Positions 35,801 through 44,082 of a DNA stretch of 64,000 nucleotides are shown in pieces (the first letter of the stretch is position 1; every line of letters begins with the position of its first letter). Source of the stretch: a virus. The DNA is taken from IMG/VR virus record IMGVR_UViG_3300028648_000064, positions 3,708 to 67,707 of that record. The stretch is one strand, 5' to 3'. Under the pieces are notes generated by a model. It saw only the letters and a list, made by a program, of their open reading frames with translations. It ran no database searches and was not told the origin of the DNA. The position numbers and the translations under genes were made by a program.

Positions 35801-38060
35801 CGGTTCCACCGCCCGAGATAGTTTCGTTGTACCGGCCCGCACCAAGCACGATGCCGTACTGCTTCACGGGGCCGGTACAGGTGCCGGCGTTCGCGGCGGT
35901 GCAGACGCTTGTAGTCGCCGTGCACGTCTCGCCGCCGGGGCAATCGCTGTTCTCGTTGCAGTCCGTCGCCGTCGTCGTGGAGCACCGCCCGCAGCCGAGT
36001 GCTTGATTCCCCGAGCAGGTCGCGAAGCCATTGTCGTTGTTCGCGAGGATCTTCGCGTGCGCGCCGTCAGTGCCCGTCAGCGTGGCGCACGGCGCATTGA
36101 TCGGGCCGCAGTCGGCAGAATCCGTGCCGGCCTTGTCGACGTAGAGCGCGAACGCCGAGATGATTTCGGCTTGCGGCACCGGGATGCACGCGAGCTGCCC
36201 ACCCGTGACCGACGTGACTTGTCCGTCGGGACAGTTGGTGAGGGACGCATTGTTCGTGCCGCCCTTCGCGAGCGGCAGTGTCCCCTCTACTTCGTTCCCG
36301 TCGAGGTCAACTGCACCCGCCGCAATCTGTCCGTCGCCGAGCTGGCCAGAGAGCTGCGAAAACGCCACCTGCGCACACACCGCCGCTCCTGACGTGATGT
36401 CCGTCATGTACTGCCCCGACGTGCAGGCGGTCGGGTCGAAGGCGCCGAAGTCGCCGACCTCGGGCACGTCGTCGTCGGTCTGACACTCGACTCCGGTACC
36501 CCCGCTGGTGCCGCCGAGTGTCTGCGCGTCGGTGCAACTGGAGGCGAGGTTCGTGACCGTGATCGCGTCTCCGCCGCCGGCACTGTGCTCCGTCGCGTGC
36601 GCTTCTTCCTCGAGGTCCGCCGTGATGTCGGTTCCCCCGTTCGCCGCCGTCGCACACTGAATCGCGGACCCGTCGGCGGTGCAGAATCGTCCGGACGTGG
36701 ATACCGTCCCGACCTGCGGGTCGGTCTCCGTCCCGGTGATCGTGACCGTGTTGCCCGACCGGGCGGTTGCGACGATGCCGCCCCCCGCGAGCGTGATGCC
36801 GAGCCCCGAGGTCGCGCCGCCGCTGTCGGCGGTGATCGTGTTGATCTCGTTGGTGGTCGAGCCGTCGACTTCCGTCCCCGTGATGGTGACGGTGTCGCCG
36901 GAGCGGGCCGTGCTGACGATGCCGCCACCGGCCAAGGTGATGCCGAGGCCGCTCGTCGCGCCACCCGCGTCGGCCGTGACGGTGTTGATCTCGTTCGTCG
37001 TGGACCCGTCCACCTCGGTCGCCCCGATGGTGATGGTGTCGGTCGTGGCGTTGCCCGTGATCGTGACGATGCCCGAGGCGGCGAGCGCCAGCGTGTCCGT
37101 CGTGCTGTCGGCGACCGGATCGGTGCCCGAGGGCGCGTCGATCGTCTCGAAAATGTTCTGCAACTCGTTGGTCGTGGAGCCGTCGACTTCACTCGTGAGC
37201 GCGTTTTCCACGCACCCGGTGACATCCGCGCAGGCGAGCGACCCTTGCAGATCCTCGAGATCAAGCACGCTTTCGAGCTCGGATTCGACCGCGAGTTCGT
37301 CGAGATCGTTCGCGCCCATGTCCCCGTCCACGTCGCCGTTCAGCGTGGGATAGGGCGTTGGCGTTTGCGTGGCCGTGACGGTGACGGTTGGCGTCGGTGT
37401 GACCGTGACCGTGGGGGTGGGCGTTGCCGTCGGGGTTGCCGTCGGTGTCGGTCCGAGCGCGATGGTCAGCGTGTCCGTCGAGCTGTCCCCGGTGCAGACC
37501 AGCGGGGCCGGGCACGTAATGTTGAGCGTGTCGGTCGCGTTGTCGGCCACGGGATCGGTGCCGTTCGGAGCGTTGAACGTCTCGAACGAGTTGCCCGCGC
37601 CCCCGCCCGTCGCATCTGCCGCACAGCCCCACGCGCCGCCCGAGAACTTCTGAATCTGCCCGTCCGAGCACGGCGTGATGCCGAGCGTCGCGCCTTCAGT
37701 GCCCGTCTTCGTGAGCCCGCCGCCGCTTGTCGCGTCGGCCACGTAGTCGCCGGTTGTGTGCGTGCCGAGCTCGGGCTGTGCCGTAGCGGTCGCCGTCGGG
37801 GTCGCGCTCACCGTTGGTGTCGGCGTCACCGTGACGGTGGGCGTCGCCGTCCGGGTCGCCGTGGGCGTCGCGGTGGCCGTGGGGGTCGGCGACGGCGTCG
37901 CGGTTGGCCGGAACGGGACGCACGTGCACGCCCCGTCCCCGATGACCCGCACGGCGGCATCCGGTCCGCAGTCGCATGCGAGCGGCGGCCCTTCCCACTG
38001 GGCAAAGCTCCGCCCGGCAACCACGAGGGTCACCAGCAGGACGACAAGAAGGCGCTTCAC
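32784..38060 (-). CDS. giant signal-peptide-bearing fibre/adhesin-like protein (1758 aa)
   Basis: MKRLLVVLLVTLVVAGRSFA-Q; PT linkers; EVDGSTTNE repeats; phage-fibre motifs GTLPLAKGGT and TLTNKTLTTP; beta-helix-like middle; Cys modules. Confidence 0.8.
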   Translation of the reverse strand: MKRLLVVLLVTLVVAGRSFAQWEGPPLACDCGPDAAVRVIGDGACTCVPFRPTATPSPTPTATATPTATRTATPTVTVTPTPTVSATPTATATAQPELGTHTTGDYVADATSGGGLTKTGTEGATLGITPCSDGQIQKFSGGAWGCAADATGGGAGNSFETFNAPNGTDPVADNATDTLNITCPAPLVCTGDSSTDTLTIALGPTPTATPTATPTPTVTVTPTPTVTVTATQTPTPYPTLNGDVDGDMGANDLDELAVESELESVLDLEDLQGSLACADVTGCVENALTSEVDGSTTNELQNIFETIDAPSGTDPVADSTTDTLALAASGIVTITGNATTDTITIGATEVDGSTTNEINTVTADAGGATSGLGITLAGGGIVSTARSGDTVTITGTEVDGSTTNEINTITADSGGATSGLGITLAGGGIVATARSGNTVTITGTETDPQVGTVSTSGRFCTADGSAIQCATAANGGTDITADLEEEAHATEHSAGGGDAITVTNLASSCTDAQTLGGTSGGTGVECQTDDDVPEVGDFGAFDPTACTSGQYMTDITSGAAVCAQVAFSQLSGQLGDGQIAAGAVDLDGNEVEGTLPLAKGGTNNASLTNCPDGQVTSVTGGQLACIPVPQAEIISAFALYVDKAGTDSADCGPINAPCATLTGTDGAHAKILANNDNGFATCSGNQALGCGRCSTTTATDCNENSDCPGGETCTATTSVCTAANAGTCTGPVKQYGIVLGAGRYNETISGGGTGSVPSPGHITYLGAAQNSTMLYHGSADCTVDVTDRASVRFERMSVQHWGDGDAMCSTGGTFGFNVRDASLVHWGAGRDVDFTGRGNATNVFDRITTFGFTANSSQTSIRFEPWGDTCTALPSRACAANADCAVCVGGANVGRLCTVATQATDCPGSTCDATDVCPRNNSSSDFGVMNSFIQAGTREGASGGVVEFQAQGCGTEFNLFLDNNVIQNGASATTDVSGLKTSQITCDQDSPSAQKNRTVVSVRALRVVSNNSVVQWEQPHTAVDVGTGTTVAVAGVLDYDACRRRIAGTLSYADVATGRSRWGGGSYEGTLKCPAPQTHPLTVTTARTPTFATSGGSLPNETYEYKVTGLTEYGETTASTPVSVTTSGCTGSACAVTVIWDRIGRATSYRVYGRQNTDYDRLATVTAPGTLKCHAGSNDGTTCTRSTDCTGNGVCRVHWVDTGAAAEDSSDAPSVDASWVANPIDGECWYDLTTNTKKCRAAGVTHDLTAPTPTPTATFTPSPTLTPTPAVTAAAPIVATGSIQAGTLALSCNAASGSQPGCLGSSDFTAFTNKTRSHATDCTGLTDGKVGQICVDQDDYRVWSCVPSSGDCDTAGEWRRVGAQATYVQDITCDSDMNGTTADTYVTVASLSSWTNTAAGTRLTFDAEMTGASGTLPKTFTCKMRNNAVDVSGGGASRRVTCEGTAAKQCLMHLEHYITTAINGTWDVRCKVDTGTTSTIAACNLSRFTFDAAMINVTDGEIPSTLTRDTEWDSVAKINAATTDNDVATLAGSETLTNKTLTTPTIASFANATHNHSNAAGGGDTLAPATFTVPNSTSAGSTTAGRLHFDTNGGSATVPQVTVGNGSAAVPVRACALVAFGGSNAGTSYFAGSYANTGQDGAFLPVGAGVTISGLSCQTQIEAPNAATYVFTVETAPVSSCAATGGTDGAARLCTWSTGTVTCTITGTSATNEWACVDATHKDTVATSSIWHIKAARTGSWSSGVHHCTVLVCIDEAW

Positions 38061-38503
38061 CAGAGGTTCTTGCGGAGGATGTTGCCGGTGCCGCTCTCGG
38101 CCCGACCGTAGATCTTGCCGACGTACCCGGCTTCCGCGGGCGGCGCGAAGAAGCGGGTCGTGCCCTTGCGCAGCCGGAGCCCGACGTCACCCTCGGGCGC
38201 GTCGGCCCCGCCGTACGTCACGAACATGTCGACGCTGCTATCGTTCTGGAGCTCGCACCCGTGGAGGCCGGCGAGGTCCGCGACTTCGACCCATTGATCG
38301 GTGAGGGACTGCGGTGCGCGCGGGGTCGCTGAGGACGCCGGTTCGAGCAACCGCCCGGCGCTATCCGCCCGGAGAAACCGCTGCCCGTGGACGACGACTT
38401 GCCCGTCGCCTGGCGTCGGATCGGCCGCCGGCGTCTCCGCCCACGCGGACGTCGCGACTTTCGGCCCCGACTCGGTCGCAACCGGGATGTTGCTGCCGTT
38501 CAT
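38057..38503 (-). CDS. hypothetical virion-associated protein
   Basis: 148 aa; GTGA-coupled to the fibre gene; ELQNDSSVDMFV beta-rich segment. Confidence 0.65.
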   Translation of the reverse strand: MNGSNIPVATESGPKVATSAWAETPAADPTPGDGQVVVHGQRFLRADSAGRLLEPASSATPRAPQSLTDQWVEVADLAGLHGCELQNDSSVDMFVTYGGADAPEGDVGLRLRKGTTRFFAPPAEAGYVGKIYGRAESGTGNILRKNLW

Positions 38504-39493
38504 CTACGCCGCCACCCTCTCCGCCCGTCGGGCTTCTTTCCGGAGGATCGCGGCGAGCTTCTGGGCGGCGGCGTCCCAGGTGTACGACCGCATCGCTTTG
38601 GCGGCGCGCTGGCCCATGGCGAGGGCGGCGTCGTAATGCTGCATGACCCAGAGCATGTCGCGGGCGAGGTTCTCGACGGAGAGCGTCGCGAACGCGTAGC
38701 GCCCGTCCGGAGCCGTCGAGGGATGCTCCTTCGCGGGCTCGAGGCGCTGCACCTTCGGCCGGACGAGCCGGCAGCGCCCGCGCGCGAAGTCGAGGTGCCC
38801 GCCGTAGTCGGTCGCCACACTCGGGAGGCCGGCGGCGAGCGCCTCGGCAAGCCCAAGGCCGAAGCCTTCCCCCATCGTCGGATACGCGAACGCGTGCGCG
38901 TCGCGGTAGAGCGCCGCGAGATCCTCCCGCGTGAGGCTCCGCGAGTCGAACACGAAGTTGCCGTGCGTCTCACGGACGCCGCTTCCGTCGATGAGCGTCG
39001 TCTTCACGACGAGCCGGACAGCACCCCCCATGCGGGCGAAGTACCGGTCCCAGGTGGCGGCCAAGACGGGCCAGCCTTTTCGGAAGTTCATGGCCCCGAC
39101 CCAGAGCCAGGTGAACGGTGCCGAGAACCTGCGCTCCGGGACCGTCGCCGGCTCGACGCCGAGCGGCACGACGTAGATCGGCGCGTCGGTGAACTGCCGG
39201 AAGATCCGCAAGCAGAAGTACGACGGCACCACGAGCACATCCGCCGCCCGCACGCCCGCGATCGCGTCCGCGGGCATGTCGTGGCTCTCGTACATCGACA
39301 CGAGCACGTTCCGCTTCCCGGGGACCGGCTCGAAGACCATGGGCGCGCACATCTGGAGCGCAATCGGGGCGTCCCCGTCGTGGACGATGTGGCCCGTGAG
39401 GCCGCGATCGAAGCCGTCGAGCATCGTGCGGTAGCCCGCGTGGAGACCGCCGGAGAGGTACCGCGCGAGTCGGATGTCGACGGGAAGCATCAA
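38504..39493 (-). CDS. glycosyltransferase family 4 (GT-B)
   Basis: FTWLWVGAMNFRKG; AFAYPTMGEGFGLGLAEALAAGLP; YTWDAAA. Confidence 0.9.
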   Translation of the reverse strand: MMLPVDIRLARYLSGGLHAGYRTMLDGFDRGLTGHIVHDGDAPIALQMCAPMVFEPVPGKRNVLVSMYESHDMPADAIAGVRAADVLVVPSYFCLRIFRQFTDAPIYVVPLGVEPATVPERRFSAPFTWLWVGAMNFRKGWPVLAATWDRYFARMGGAVRLVVKTTLIDGSGVRETHGNFVFDSRSLTREDLAALYRDAHAFAYPTMGEGFGLGLAEALAAGLPSVATDYGGHLDFARGRCRLVRPKVQRLEPAKEHPSTAPDGRYAFATLSVENLARDMLWVMQHYDAALAMGQRAAKAMRSYTWDAAAQKLAAILRKEARRAERVAA

Positions 39494-39494
39494 G

Positions 39495-39710
39495 CTAGAG
39501 GGTGCGGTTCTTGGCGCCGCGCTGCATGCGATCGCGGCTGGCGATGTCGTCGGCGCCGCGCTCCGCGGCGAGCTCGGAGGGGCCGAGCACCTGGACCGAC
39601 ATCCCGAGGTTCGTGGCGAGCTCGGCGGGCATGTCCGCTTCGTCGCCGGGGTAGAGGTTGAAGTCTGGGTGGCTCACCCGGGCTCGGGCGAGAATGCGTA
39701 CGAGTGGCAT
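39495..39710 (-). CDS. small capsid-adjacent protein (71 aa)
   Basis: LYPGDEADMPAELA...L pattern and basic C-terminus, typical of genes following the major capsid gene. Confidence 0.6.
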   Translation of the reverse strand: MPLVRILARARVSHPDFNLYPGDEADMPAELATNLGMSVQVLGPSELAAERGADDIASRDRMQRGAKNRTL

Positions 39711-39740
39711 AGTCGTGACCCTTTCGTGCGGCAGAAACGC

Positions 39741-39776
39741 CACGGCCCCGGGACACGCGAGGCGCCCGGGGCCGTG
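39741..39776 (-). terminator. stem-loop after the major capsid gene
   Basis: 12-bp perfect inverted repeat cacggccccggg / cccggggccgtg just downstream of the MCP stop; weak U tract. Confidence 0.6.
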
Positions 39777-39799
39777 GGATCAGTGAGTGACGACGGCGG

Positions 39800-41128
39800 T
39801 TAGCTCGCCGCCGTCTTGATGCGCGAGAGCGCCGGCGGGAGGACGACGAGCACGCCGACCATCGCGAGGACGCGCATCTTGACGCGCGCCTTCGAGAACT
39901 CCTCGTGCTCGCTGAACGCGACCGCGGTCTTCATGAGGTCGCCGATCATAACGAAGGAGAAGTCGCCGAACGCCGCGAAGACCTTGCTCGCGGTGTTACC
40001 GGACTGCTTCGGGGCCTTGATCGAGCGCGAGTAGGCGTAGCCCTCGAGTTCCTTCGGGATGGACCCCGCCATGTCCCCGAACATCGGGCGGCCCTGCGTG
40101 TCCACCTTCTTCTTGCAGTTGTGGTAGAACTGCGGGTGCGCCGCCCAGCGAAGGTTGGTGCCCTCGCCCGGGTCCATGAAGAGCTGCTCGTCCGCCGCGT
40201 CGATCGTCGAGATCAGCGCGCCGTGATCGAACTGGTGGAACGACACGGAGCCCGTCCCGAGGACGTGCTGGCCGACGCCATCCGCGACGAAGACGCCCGT
40301 GAACGGATCCGCCGAGGCGACGAGCACCTGACGGTCCTCCTCGAGCGCGTGGGCCTGCATGTGGCGCATGCCGATGAAGGCGAGGACGCTCGGGAGCGCC
40401 GTCTCGAGGAGCTTCATCGAGTGGCCGTTGGTCGAGACGAGTTCCTTGGCCGTCAGCTTCGGGCGCGGATCGGTGAGCAGCACCGACGACTCCGAACCCG
40501 GCGCGGTCGCCTCCCCTGGCCACGACACGGCCGGGTAGGCCGTCGAGGTGTTGACGTCGAGGGTCTCGGAGTCCATCTCGGTGACGGTGCAGAACCGGCG
40601 ACCGAAACCGAGCTGCGGGAGCAGGTGGAAGACGCCGTCCCAGAGCGGCCGGGGAACACCGTGCCCGCCCTTGGTGTTGTCGCCGACCGTCTGGTCGCGC
40701 GTGATGTGCCCGTACTTCGGGGCGCGTCCGGTCCAGAGCATGAACGCGTCCTGGACGCATTCGCCGAACTGGCGCACCGTCGTCATCTGGCGACCGGCGA
40801 GCCGGACGCCGCAGACGATACCCGGAATGTCCTCCTCCCGGACCTGGCCGTAGAGGCCGGCGCCCTTCGACATCACGGCGTCGACCGCCTCGAGTCGGGT
40901 CTTCATGGCGGTGAGCTCGGCCTCGTCCTTGACGGCGCGGGCGTTCAGCTCACCGAGCGTCTTCGCGTAGTCGGCGTCGCGCGTCTCGATCGCCTTCGTC
41001 ATTTCGGTGGCGACGCGATCGCGATCCTTCCGGGTCTCGTCGAGCTGCTGGTGCATCTCGTCGAGGAGCGTGCGCAGGGTCGCGAGCTCCTCCTTCGGCA
41101 CGGATACGTGCGTGGCATTGGCGGTCAT
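39800..41128 (-). CDS. major capsid protein, HK97 fold with N-terminal coiled-coil delta domain
   Basis: GGAGG RBS; GGHGVP, WPGE, LEGYAY, FGDFS motifs; position after the protease. Confidence 0.92.
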   Translation of the reverse strand: MTANATHVSVPKEELATLRTLLDEMHQQLDETRKDRDRVATEMTKAIETRDADYAKTLGELNARAVKDEAELTAMKTRLEAVDAVMSKGAGLYGQVREEDIPGIVCGVRLAGRQMTTVRQFGECVQDAFMLWTGRAPKYGHITRDQTVGDNTKGGHGVPRPLWDGVFHLLPQLGFGRRFCTVTEMDSETLDVNTSTAYPAVSWPGEATAPGSESSVLLTDPRPKLTAKELVSTNGHSMKLLETALPSVLAFIGMRHMQAHALEEDRQVLVASADPFTGVFVADGVGQHVLGTGSVSFHQFDHGALISTIDAADEQLFMDPGEGTNLRWAAHPQFYHNCKKKVDTQGRPMFGDMAGSIPKELEGYAYSRSIKAPKQSGNTASKVFAAFGDFSFVMIGDLMKTAVAFSEHEEFSKARVKMRVLAMVGVLVVLPPALSRIKTAAS

Positions 41129-41232
41129 GACATCCTCCATCTCGGGCGCACAGGGGCGCCCGCAGCCCGCGGGGGCTGTCCGCTATGCATCGGTTGGGAC
41201 GTGGCGTCGGTTCCTGGGTGGGAGACGGGCAG

Positions 41233-44082
41233 TTACCGCGTGGCGGCATGCTCACCGCGCGACGCGCGCAGGCGTCGGCGCATGCCGTCCATCACACTGC
41301 CCAATTCAGACACGGCCGCCGCGTCGTCGCGCGTCCGCGCCAGGCGCTGGCGGAGGCGGTCGAGATCGGGGCCGAGCACGGCGGGCGCGGGGGCACCGCG
41401 CTCCCCGGGCATGGGGTGGCCGTGCGTGTCGTCCTCGTGGTCGTCGTCCGCGTGCTCGTCGGACTCGTCACCCGGCTTCGCGCGCGTCGCCTCGGCGAGC
41501 ACCTGGTCGAGAAGCGCGGCGCCGTCGGTGAAGTGCTGGCGGGCCTGCGCGAGGCGGTCGAGGTTGCGCTTGGCGAGGACCGCGCCGGCGCGGCCGTGCA
41601 CATCGCGTGCTCCGACGAGCATCGGCAGCTCGCGCTCGAGGCGGGCGAGCACCTGATCGGCGACCGCGTCGACGCCCGCGACCGCCACTGTCAGGGAATC
41701 CGGGGGCGGGCCGGAGGCGGGACGCGCGAGCGCCGGCAGCGCCCGGGTCGCGTGCTCGAGGGCGGCCGGCATGCGGTATCGGGCCGGGGCGAGTTGCACG
41801 TCGGTGATCAGATCGCGCTGCTCTTGGAGCTTCGTGAGTGCTCGGGTGAGCGCCTCGCCGAGCGTGCAGCCGTCTTCCGCGCGCAGCACCTGCACGAAGT
41901 GCGCGAGCTCGCGGACGTGCGCCCCGGAGTAGCCCTCGGTCGCCGCGACCGCCGCCGCCCGCTCGGCCTCGCCGAGATCGGGCAACCACTGCGCGAGCAT
42001 GCGGCCGCGCATCGCGGCAGTCGGCAGCTCGAGCCGGAGCACGTCGTGGAACCGCCCCGGACGGTCCAGGAGCGCTTCCGGCAGCCGCTCCGGGTAGTTG
42101 GTCGTCAGGATCGTCACCACGCCCGACGACCGCCCGATGCCGTCCATCTCGGTCTTCAGGAGGTCGTGGCTGTGGTTCCCGAGGAAGTTGTCAATGTCCT
42201 CGAGAAAGAGGATCGCCGGCGCACACTCCCGCGCGAGCGCGAACGCGTCGGCAATGCCCTCGAAGGCGCCCGCGTAGTAGAGATCGCGGGCCGACACCCA
42301 AATGAAGGTCGCCCGGGCGCTGTTCATGAGGATGCGGCCCGCGAGCGTCTTGCCGGTGCCCGGCGGCCCCATGGCGATGAGGCCGCGATTCGGCAGCGCC
42401 CCGCCCTGCTTGTTCAGGAGGTCGGCGATGCGCTGCAGCGGACCGATGGTGTCGGGCTCAAGAAACAGATCGCTCCACGTCTCGGCCGTGCGCTCGAGGA
42501 ACGCGCCCGAGAGGGCGAACGCCTCGCCCTTCAGGAAGTTGAGCTGGCGTGCGCGGGACCACGTGCGCGCGAGGAGTGCCTCGTCGACCTCGCCGTGGTC
42601 GCGATGCCGGTACGTCCGCACCTCGAGCCCGTACCACCGTGGCTGCACCCGGAGTGTGAGCCGGTCGGTGCCATGCGCGAGAAAGCGCGTGCCTTCGATC
42701 AGGAAGGTGGCCCATCGGGTGGAATTGAGTTGCAGTCGCTCGTAGACCGGTGGCTTCTCGGTTCCGTCGCACGGGTCGAGATTCCGGACGTCGTGGGTGT
42801 CGTAGCTGGCCAGCGCTTCGTCGAGCGCCGACAAGAACGCGCCCATGCGGCAGCTCGGCACGCGCGTGCCGTTGGCGACGAGATCGCGCACGCGACACTC
42901 GAGGAACCGAGCTGCGAGGTCGATCTCCGCCGTCGAGGGCGTGTATTCGACGGCGGTCGTATCGAAGGCGCGGCCGAGCGTGGGATTCCAGCGCACGGCC
43001 GTAGCGTCGGGCGCCGCGCGCACGTCGTCGTCGGCGTCGTCCGCCGCCTGGACTTCATCCCGGACGTACCACTTGTGGATACCGTCCATCCCGTCGAACT
43101 GAATGCCGTAGGCCGGCGTGCTGATCTCGACGATGACGCCGGTCTTACCGCGTGTCATGGCCTCGTGCTCCGCACCAGGCTTCACGGTGACGCGGTCCCC
43201 GACTTGGAACTCGGCGTCAGCGGGGGGCGCATCCGCCGCGGCCCGGACGCTCGCCGTCTTTGCGTGCCCGGTGTCGTGCGCCTCACTGCCGAGGTCCGTC
43301 GACGCGCCCATGCTGGCGCGCGCCTGGGCGATCAGATCCGCGACCGAAGTCGGCTCGGCGGCCGGAGCCGACGGGGGCATCTCGGCCATGTCCCGCACCG
43401 TGTAGATCGCGCTCCCGCGCTCCCGGACGAAGAACGGGACGTGTTCTTCGGGGAGGCGCCGCGCTTGGACTGCGCGCTGGAGCGCCTGGGCATCCGCCCC
43501 GATCAGCACGAACGCGCCCTCGAGCACTTCGCTATCGAGGTGGCGGAGACCGAGCGTGCGGCCCTCCTCGTCGACGATCGCCTCGAGCTTCCGGGGAATC
43601 CATCCGCCGGAGACCGCGTCGAGGTCGTGCGCGGCATACATGCGGAAGAGCGTCTGCGAGAGCTTCGCCGCGTCGCTGCCGTCGTCCACCCGGAGCGGCA
43701 CCGCGTCGGCCTCGATGATCGGGCCGAGCTTCACGTCGACCATCGGCTCGATCCGGATCCAGTTGCCGACGGGGAGCTGATCGTACTTGTGTGACCACGT
43801 GACTCGGGGGTTGGCCCGGATGTGCGAGAGGTCCGCCCCGCTCACCATGAACTCGTCGCCGTCCCGCTTCCGCCCCTGCGAGAAGAGCACGAAGCGCAGC
43901 ACCGGCCCGGTCGGCGTGTCGCCGATGATCCGGGTGCCGTGCAGGGAGAGGCCACGGGCCTTGGGCTGCTCGCCGCGGGTGTAGGCGCCGTAGAACGCCG
44001 CGATCGCGGCCTGGCGTTCTTCGGAGACGGAGGGGGCGAACGACAGCGCCGACGGCGCGGCCGCGAGGGTGGATCGATGCAT
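41233..44082 (-). CDS. HK97-type prohead protease fused to an SH3/KOW-like domain and an AAA+ ATPase
   Basis: RDGD..., NPRVTWSH...PVG, AVSGGW, EGAFVLIGAD protease motifs; GPPGTGKT, LFLEDID, TTNYPERLPEALLDRPGRF ATPase motifs. Confidence 0.88.
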   Translation of the reverse strand: MHRSTLAAAPSALSFAPSVSEERQAAIAAFYGAYTRGEQPKARGLSLHGTRIIGDTPTGPVLRFVLFSQGRKRDGDEFMVSGADLSHIRANPRVTWSHKYDQLPVGNWIRIEPMVDVKLGPIIEADAVPLRVDDGSDAAKLSQTLFRMYAAHDLDAVSGGWIPRKLEAIVDEEGRTLGLRHLDSEVLEGAFVLIGADAQALQRAVQARRLPEEHVPFFVRERGSAIYTVRDMAEMPPSAPAAEPTSVADLIAQARASMGASTDLGSEAHDTGHAKTASVRAAADAPPADAEFQVGDRVTVKPGAEHEAMTRGKTGVIVEISTPAYGIQFDGMDGIHKWYVRDEVQAADDADDDVRAAPDATAVRWNPTLGRAFDTTAVEYTPSTAEIDLAARFLECRVRDLVANGTRVPSCRMGAFLSALDEALASYDTHDVRNLDPCDGTEKPPVYERLQLNSTRWATFLIEGTRFLAHGTDRLTLRVQPRWYGLEVRTYRHRDHGEVDEALLARTWSRARQLNFLKGEAFALSGAFLERTAETWSDLFLEPDTIGPLQRIADLLNKQGGALPNRGLIAMGPPGTGKTLAGRILMNSARATFIWVSARDLYYAGAFEGIADAFALARECAPAILFLEDIDNFLGNHSHDLLKTEMDGIGRSSGVVTILTTNYPERLPEALLDRPGRFHDVLRLELPTAAMRGRMLAQWLPDLGEAERAAAVAATEGYSGAHVRELAHFVQVLRAEDGCTLGEALTRALTKLQEQRDLITDVQLAPARYRMPAALEHATRALPALARPASGPPPDSLTVAVAGVDAVADQVLARLERELPMLVGARDVHGRAGAVLAKRNLDRLAQARQHFTDGAALLDQVLAEATRAKPGDESDEHADDDHEDDTHGHPMPGERGAPAPAVLGPDLDRLRQRLARTRDDAAAVSELGSVMDGMRRRLRASRGEHAATR

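Noticed and set aside
10660-37910. GTCGGCGTCGGGGTC-type tandem repeats as a CRISPR array or VNTR
   Set aside because: They are in-frame Pro-Thr linker codons, with no constant repeat-spacer period and no cas genes
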